A stretch of 64,000 bases of DNA from an uncultured delta proteobacterium (GTDB lineage Bacteria; Myxococcota; Myxococcia; Myxococcales; Myxococcaceae), in contig CAWCKH010000004.1 in assembly GCA_963796055.1 (NCBI GenBank), positions 2,688,001 to 2,752,000 on the forward strand, read 5' to 3'. The translations under genes and the position numbers were made by a program. The notes beneath the pieces were generated by a model, which was not told where the DNA came from, ran no database searches, and was given only the letters and a program-made list of their open reading frames with translations. Of this stretch, positions 58,206-64,000 are shown one piece after another (positions within the stretch are counted from its first letter, which is position 1; each line of letters starts with the position of its first letter).

Positions 58206-59162
58206 TCAGCGGCCGGGCCGGAGGTTCGGCTTTCCGAGGTAACCGGTGAGCTTCGCGTTCCGGTACGCCGAGTCCTGCGGGTCCACCGGAAGCTGGGTGA
58301 ATCCGGCGGCGATGATCCCCATCCGGCGGAGGAAGTCCGCGGTGGGGCGGATCCGCAAGCTGAGGTCTGGCTCGGAGTAGGGGAGCGCGCGCGCCAGCCG
58401 CACCGTCCCCGAAGCCTGGATGTCCAGCTCGGGCCCCTCGAGCCGCAGCGTCTTCAGCGTTCCGGTGCCGCGCTCGATGGGTAGCTCGGCCTCGAGCTTC
58501 CCGAAGTTGACCGGCGGGAGGTCCACCGGAGTCATCTGCCCCATGAGGGGGACGGTCACCGTGCCGCCCTTCACCTCCAGCCCGTTGCCGGTGAGCCGCA
58601 GGCGTCCCGAGGCCTGCGAGAGGTCGGGCTGCCCACCCTGCGGCCCGCTGGCGGGGATGTCGAGCGAGAGCTGGCCGTCGATCGTACCCACCGCGTCCAC
58701 GCCGGTGAGCCCGGCCACACCCGCCCTGGCCAGAGACAGGTGGTCGAAGTGGAGGCGGAGCTTCGACGTGCTTCCCGTCCCGATGGCCCCCCCGGCGTCG
58801 CCGCCGAAGAGCGCGGCGGAGAAACCCACACCCCAGGGGAAGAGGGAGGGCCGGAGCGTGAGGCGGTCGAGTCGCACGGTCTGCGCCGGTGGCCCGAGGC
58901 CATCGGGACGCTCGCCCACCCGTACCCCGCGGGCGCTCACCCCGAGGAACGCCGGGCCCATCGACTCGATGCGTACCCACAGACCCGCGGCATCGGCCTC
59001 GGACGCGATGCGCGCCCGGACCGCGTCGTAGGGGAAGGTGAGCGCGAGGAACAGCGCGAAGAGGAACACTCCCAGGCCGGCCCAGGCCGCGGTGCGCTCC
59101 CAGCCGACGAGCCGCGGCAACTTGATGGCGCGAAGTCGCTCGGTCAGCTCGGCCACCTGCAT
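58206..59162 (-). CDS. gspN: Type II secretion system protein N
   Basis: N-terminal TM with LALTFPYD, beta-rich body; last gene of the gsp run. Confidence 0.8.
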   Translation of the reverse strand: MQVAELTERLRAIKLPRLVGWERTAAWAGLGVFLFALFLALTFPYDAVRARIASEADAAGLWVRIESMGPAFLGVSARGVRVGERPDGLGPPAQTVRLDRLTLRPSLFPWGVGFSAALFGGDAGGAIGTGSTSKLRLHFDHLSLARAGVAGLTGVDAVGTIDGQLSLDIPASGPQGGQPDLSQASGRLRLTGNGLEVKGGTVTVPLMGQMTPVDLPPVNFGKLEAELPIERGTGTLKTLRLEGPELDIQASGTVRLARALPYSEPDLSLRIRPTADFLRRMGIIAAGFTQLPVDPQDSAYRNAKLTGYLGKPNLRPGR

Positions 59163-59728
59163 CAGGGCCCCGCCTTGAGTCGGTACGAGGTGACGGCGGT
59201 CCAGGCGGTGAGCACGCCGTCCTTGGGCCTGGGCTCGATGCGCAGGAAGGTCACCCGCACCACGCCTGGACCCTGCTCCAGGGAACCGAGGAAGTCCACC
59301 AGCTTGGGCAGCGACACGTCGGTGAGGTTGAACTCCACGCTGCTCCCGATGATCCGCCCATCGCCCACCGGGATGTCGTTCTTTGGGTTCAGCGAGGGGA
59401 TGTCGAGGCCGGCCTTGGTCCCCTTCTCGTTGACGTAGGTGAGGAGGCTCACCTCGCTGGCGGTGAGCGCGGCCTCGGCCTGCTTGCGTGCTCGCTCGGC
59501 CTCGGCGTATCCGGCGGCGAGCTGCTCGGCCTCGGCCAGCCGGTGGAGCTTGCTCTCGGTCCGGCGCCGGGTGGCATCGGCCGAGGTCGAGAGCAGGAAG
59601 AGGACGAGGAAGGTGATCACCACCACCGCTGCACCGCCGGCGCTGGTGACCATCACCCGCTCGCGTGGGTTGAGCCGGAGGAACCAGGCCTGGAGGTCGC
59701 TCCAGAGGAGGCGGAGGCGCTCCATCAT
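59162..59728 (-). CDS. gspM: Type II secretion system protein M
   Basis: LNPRER before a TM helix, coiled coil, then ferredoxin-like end (VSLPKLVDFLGSLE). Confidence 0.82.
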   Translation of the reverse strand: MMERLRLLWSDLQAWFLRLNPRERVMVTSAGGAAVVVITFLVLFLLSTSADATRRRTESKLHRLAEAEQLAAGYAEAERARKQAEAALTASEVSLLTYVNEKGTKAGLDIPSLNPKNDIPVGDGRIIGSSVEFNLTDVSLPKLVDFLGSLEQGPGVVRVTFLRIEPRPKDGVLTAWTAVTSYRLKAGP

Positions 59729-61302
59729 GAGCCGCTCCCCGCGCTGACCACGGCGTCGCCGCACTCCACCTGGACGTCGAGCGTGAACTGCACCCGCGAC
59801 GAGTCGCGCGCCCGCTCCACCTTGCCCTCCCTCACCTCCCGGAAGCAGCGGTAGGTCTTCAGCGCCGCGGCGAGCTTGTCGATGCTGCGGGCGGAGTCGG
59901 TCTCCCCCTTCAGGTGCAGCTGGTCGAGGTCGAACACCATCTGGGTGAAGACAACCGTCATCTCGGGGGGGACCCGCTGGGCCACCTCGGCGAGGAGCCC
60001 GGTGGCCGAGACGGGGGGCACGGCGCTGGCCGGGCTCTGCTGACCCCGGAGGAGATTCAGCGCCCGGTCGTAGTTCTTCTCGCAGCTCCCCAGGACCCGC
60101 TGGGTGAGCGCGCAGAGCCGGGCGTCCACCGCCGCCTCGCGCCGGCCGAGCAGGATGCCCCGGGTGATGTTGAAGACGCAGAGCAAGAGCGCGAGCACCC
60201 CGGCGAACGCCGCCACCCGGACCAGGCGCTCGCGCAGGTAATCCACGTGGCCCCGGAAGGCGAACTCGCCCTGGCGGAGGTTGAAGCGCGGCGCGCGGCC
60301 GCTGGACATCGCGCCCCGGAGCGACAGCGCGTACGCCTCGGCGGCGCGCGGCTGGACCTCGGGCGGCACGACCGCCGCGGCGGTGGCCGGGAGCAGGAGC
60401 ACGTCCGCGGGCAGCCCCAGCTCCGTGCCCAGGTGCTCGACCAGGCCGGGGAGCCGGGCGGTACCGCCGGCGAGCAGCAGGCGCGCCACCGGCAGGTGCT
60501 CTCGCCCCGAGGCCGCCTTCAAGGTGGCCCGGGTCTCGCGGACGAGAGGGGCCAGGGCGCGGACGAGCACCGCCCGCGCGCGCTCGTGCTCCGGTCCGCC
60601 GCCGGCGGCGAGCGAGCCGTCGCGCTCCTTCCACACCTCGGCCTCGGAGAGCGGCACCTGGAACTCGGCGGCCAGGGCGCGCGAGAGGTCACGGCCTCCG
60701 CCAGGGAAGGTGCGGGCGAAGAGCAGCCCCTCCGCCGGCCGCCCCACCGCGATGCTGGTCCGCTGGTGGCCGATGTCGATGACCGCCACCGCGGCCCCCG
60801 GGGCAACCTCGAACCGCTCCGGCGCGGCGACCAGCAGACTCTGGTAGGCGATGGCGGGGTGGGTCACCACCCGTGGGTCGAGCCCGCGGGCGGCGAGCGT
60901 CCTGAGCAGCTCGGCCAGCTCCTCGCGCCGGACCAGGCCAACGATGAGGTCGGTCGCGTTCGCCCGCCGGCGGGTTGTTTGGTGGTCGAACACCACCTGC
61001 GACAGCTCGAAGGGCAGCTCGCCCTCGACCTCGAAGGGCAGGGTGGCGGCGATGCGCTTGGCGTCGGTGAAGGGGAGGGTGAAGGCGTGGGTGGCGAGCG
61101 ACTGACCGGGCAGCGCCACCACCAACCGGTCCGGTGCCCAGGCGTTCTCGGCCAGGAACAATGCCAAGGCCTCGTCGAGCGGCGCCTCCTCCGCCCGGCG
61201 CGTCTCGGCGTAGTGGAGCACCGACGTGCCTCGTCCGGTCGCCTCGAGCAGCACGCCCTTCAGCGAGTGACTCCCGAGGTCCAGCCCCAGTACCCGCGCC
61301 AT
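59725..61302 (-). CDS. gspL: Type II secretion system protein L (PilM-like cytoplasmic plus PilN-like periplasmic)
   Basis: LGLDLGSHSLK, LPFEVE..LPF, IDIGH and LAGGTA actin-like motifs, FNLRQGEF, then a TM helix. Confidence 0.85.
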   Translation of the reverse strand: MARVLGLDLGSHSLKGVLLEATGRGTSVLHYAETRRAEEAPLDEALALFLAENAWAPDRLVVALPGQSLATHAFTLPFTDAKRIAATLPFEVEGELPFELSQVVFDHQTTRRRANATDLIVGLVRREELAELLRTLAARGLDPRVVTHPAIAYQSLLVAAPERFEVAPGAAVAVIDIGHQRTSIAVGRPAEGLLFARTFPGGGRDLSRALAAEFQVPLSEAEVWKERDGSLAAGGGPEHERARAVLVRALAPLVRETRATLKAASGREHLPVARLLLAGGTARLPGLVEHLGTELGLPADVLLLPATAAAVVPPEVQPRAAEAYALSLRGAMSSGRAPRFNLRQGEFAFRGHVDYLRERLVRVAAFAGVLALLLCVFNITRGILLGRREAAVDARLCALTQRVLGSCEKNYDRALNLLRGQQSPASAVPPVSATGLLAEVAQRVPPEMTVVFTQMVFDLDQLHLKGETDSARSIDKLAAALKTYRCFREVREGKVERARDSSRVQFTLDVQVECGDAVVSAGSGS

Positions 61303-62555
61303 CAGTCTGCCCTCCAGTACAGCACCCGTCCCAGGCCGTCCCGCTGCGGGTCCGAGAGGCGGATGACCGCCGTCACCCGCCGCTCGACGTCTCCGGCGTT
61401 GCCGGTGGCCACGATGCGGAAGGTGTCGCTCTTGTCGCCGAGGAAGCTGTTGGCGGTGGTGCCCCCGGCGCCCTGCCGCTGGGTGACCTGGGGATTCACC
61501 GCGATGCCCGCGGCCTGAACCACCGTGGTGAAGTCCTGCACCGAGAAGCCCATCGGCATCATCGCCTTGGCGGCACGGACCTTCTGGACGATGCCGTCGA
61601 GGAAGACGGGGTCGTTGAGCCGCGGGTCGGGGCGCGCGGGATCGCCGATGCTGCGGATGGCGAGGGCGATGAGCAGGGGATCGTCGCTGTTCACGTTCAG
61701 GGGGGCGTTCGGGTCGGGGTAAACGGTGAGCCGGTCGCCGAAGGCGGCCATGAAGCGGTCGGTGACCCCGTTGACCAGATACAGCTCGCCGAGAGAATCG
61801 AACCAGGCGTTCTTCGGCCGGTACCGCGGGGTATAGCGGGTGTAGAGGCCGGCCTCGTCGGAGAAGCCATTCTGCAGCGTCACCTGCCCCACGGCGGTCA
61901 CGCTGAGGGCGGACTGGGTGTCGTCGTCGTCGACCCAGTCCTTGAGGGCGATCAGCACGTCGTTGGGGTTGGCCCGGATGCGATTGGCGTCTTCCCGGTC
62001 GAAGACGAACTCGAACCGCTTGTCGGAGACCAGGTTGTAGAGCCGCTGCACCGCGCCCTGGGCGGTGCCGGTCTGGAGCCCGGCCAGGGCGTTCACGTTC
62101 AGCTTCTCCTGCTCGTCCTCGATGCGGGCGTCGAAGCAGCCGGCGAAACCGCCGTACTCGATGCGGCCCTGCTCGTCGACCCCCCCGGCGCCGGTGATGG
62201 AGAACTTTCCGCGCCGTCCTGCTCCGGCCTGGGGCACCACGCTCTCGAGAAGGTGGCAGTCGAGCTTGGCCATCCGCCAGAGCTGGAGGTTGATGCCCTG
62301 CGCGGCCCCGGGCAGGGAGGCGGTGGTCCGGTCGAGCTGCTTCTGGAAGAGGAGCAGCATGCGGGCCAGCCCGATGCTGCTCTTGGCCAGGTACTCGGCG
62401 CGGAGGGCGTCGCGCTGGTGGGTGGCAAGCTCCAGATCGACCCGTGTCTGGAAGGCGAACTCCGCCGCCACCGCGGTGAGGATGGCGATGGAGACCGTGA
62501 CCATCAGGAGCGCGACGCCCCGCTGCTCCCTGCCGCTCCGACCGCGCCGTCGCAT
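61302..62555 (-). CDS. gspK: Type II secretion minor pseudopilin K
   Basis: QRG|VALLMV cleavage site, DEQEKLNVN, DWVDDD, KNAWFDSLGEL, LNVN and YWR end. Confidence 0.9.
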   Translation of the reverse strand: MRRRGRSGREQRGVALLMVTVSIAILTAVAAEFAFQTRVDLELATHQRDALRAEYLAKSSIGLARMLLLFQKQLDRTTASLPGAAQGINLQLWRMAKLDCHLLESVVPQAGAGRRGKFSITGAGGVDEQGRIEYGGFAGCFDARIEDEQEKLNVNALAGLQTGTAQGAVQRLYNLVSDKRFEFVFDREDANRIRANPNDVLIALKDWVDDDDTQSALSVTAVGQVTLQNGFSDEAGLYTRYTPRYRPKNAWFDSLGELYLVNGVTDRFMAAFGDRLTVYPDPNAPLNVNSDDPLLIALAIRSIGDPARPDPRLNDPVFLDGIVQKVRAAKAMMPMGFSVQDFTTVVQAAGIAVNPQVTQRQGAGGTTANSFLGDKSDTFRIVATGNAGDVERRVTAVIRLSDPQRDGLGRVLYWRAD

Positions 62556-63223
62556 CAGAACCTCGGGATCTCGGTGTTGAGCACGATGCGGGCCTGGGTC
62601 ACGTACCGCGCCTCGCGTCCGTTCTCGTCCAGGGCGGAGATGGAGATGCGCACTCGCACCGGGAGGATGGACTTCTTCTCGATCCGCCGGGTGTCCCATT
62701 CGTCCACCCAGTCCTTCTTGTCCGAGTCCCAGTAGGCGAAGTCGATCCGCTTGATGCTCTCCACCAGCACGTCCTCGGTGCCGCCGCGGTCGAGGCGGTC
62801 GTCGAGGAGCGAGTCCTCGCGGCGAATCAGGTTCATCCGCGACTGGCCGCCGGGCGCGGGAGTGGACTTGGCGTAGTACTCCACCACCATCTGGTCGGAC
62901 TCCTTGGCGTCGGAGTAGAGCCGCTGGTGGGCCATGGTGGTGAAGAGCAGCCGGTCGCGGGTGCCGATGAAGTTGGTGGGCCGGTCGTTCTGGTCGCGGT
63001 AGCGGCGGGTGTCGTAGTGGTCGCTGACGAAGGCGCCGGAGATCTCGCGCACCATCCGGTCGGTCCCGGTGCGCAGCGCGCGGTAGCGGTCCTGCTCGGC
63101 CTCCACCAGCTCCTTGGCCCGGTAGCCGCTCTGGAAGGCGGCGGCGATGAGCCCGCCCATCATCGCGGTGATGGCCACCGCGATGACCACCTCCAGCAGA
63201 GTGAATCCAGGTGCGCGTCTCAT
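62555..63223 (-). CDS. gspJ: Type II secretion minor pseudopilin J
   Basis: G|FTLLEVVIAVAI prepilin motif, WVDEWD and LPVRVRI. Confidence 0.88.
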   Translation of the reverse strand: MRRAPGFTLLEVVIAVAITAMMGGLIAAAFQSGYRAKELVEAEQDRYRALRTGTDRMVREISGAFVSDHYDTRRYRDQNDRPTNFIGTRDRLLFTTMAHQRLYSDAKESDQMVVEYYAKSTPAPGGQSRMNLIRREDSLLDDRLDRGGTEDVLVESIKRIDFAYWDSDKKDWVDEWDTRRIEKKSILPVRVRISISALDENGREARYVTQARIVLNTEIPRF

Positions 63224-64000
63224 CGGATGGGCCGTCCGCTGGGGTCGAGCGGCGTGCCCGGGGGCGTGTTGCCGCGGATGGGACCGAAGGTCGGCTGACC
63301 GCCGGGGTTGAGGCCGGGGATACCGCCGGAGAAGGGCTGCTGCCCCGGGGCGCCGGGAACGCCGGGGGTGCCCGGGGCGGTGGACAGCGCCGCGCCGGGG
63401 GTCCCGTTCCGATCCGAGCCCTGCCGCAGCGAAAACACGTCGTTCACCAGGTCGATGCTCTCGGTCCGTCTGCCCTCCTTCCAGCTGACGGTGAGGTGCA
63501 CCTCGCGCACCCCCTTCTGGATCTGCTGGAGGAGCTGCTGCATCTGGGTCTGGGCGAGTGCGGCGAAGGGGCCGAGGGCAGAGAGTCCGGAGGCGGCGGT
63601 GGCGCCGGGCGGAAGCGCGCCGAGGCTGGGCCCGGCCGCCTGCTGGGCAAGGTTGCCGTAGCTCTGCTGGAGCTGCGCGAGGTTCCCCACCCCTCCGTCG
63701 CGCCCTCCGCCGAGGAGCGCGGCCAGGCCGGAGAGGCCGTCCGTGCCCGGGGGAATGTTGAAGAGGGCCTCGAGCAGCTTGTCCGGCGACACCTCCGTGG
63801 TGCGCGGGGCGAGGATCTGCGCCTGCCAGGTGTAGGCCTCCCAGCCCTCGGCGCGGAAGTCGCCATGCGATCTCCTGGTCGTCGTTGTCGAAGCCCTTGT
63901 CGTAGAGCTCCTGCTCGATGTCGGTCATCTTCGAACGGGCGAGCATGGTGGCGATGGTGAGCCGCTTGGCGTAGGCGTGGCTGGCCACCGCCCCGGCGTT
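63220..64000 (-). CDS. gspI: Type II secretion minor pseudopilin I (5' end outside the window; apparent frameshift near 63866)
   Basis: ATMLARSKM and, after the frameshift, GDF...YTWQAQI and VREVHLTVSW; lies directly upstream of gspJ. Confidence 0.75.

Overview
A very GC-rich bacterial chromosomal segment. Gene content points to Myxococcota (inference): an FHA-sigma54 activator, an spd-type EF-G, a myxobacterial-style gsp cluster and many PDAG-rich secreted proteins. I see about 50 protein-coding genes and no rRNA, tRNA, CRISPR array, integrase or transposase. Left to right: MFS fragment, GlcG-like, rmuC; fadA-fadN beta-oxidation; orphan DNA methyltransferase; FadL plus a large lipoprotein lipase; trx, ybaK, kup; fusA, phhA, amine oxidase; lpxL-like plus pqiABC; gltBD; a five-gene Lol/MacB-like ABC operon with a LolA-like protein and an outer-membrane barrel; an isolated FliH/FliI/FliJ (SctL/N/O) trio with no export apparatus; an atypical rho; SppA fused to a FadL/PorV-like barrel; parC-parE; GNAT, DJ-1, MBL hydrolase, M50 peptidase; FHA-FHA-sigma54 activator; and gspI-N. 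The best leads are: (1) the stand-alone type III ATPase module; (2) the barrel-SppA fusion; (3) a 14/16-identical palindromic operator shared by the lipase-fadL and fadN-fadA operons, suggesting a lipid-scavenging regulon; (4) a Rho with a degenerate RNA-binding site and an Arg9/Gln-rich N-terminus; (5) the Lol-like trans-envelope system. Several single-base frameshifts look like assembly errors. All family calls come from reading motifs by eye; no database searches were run.
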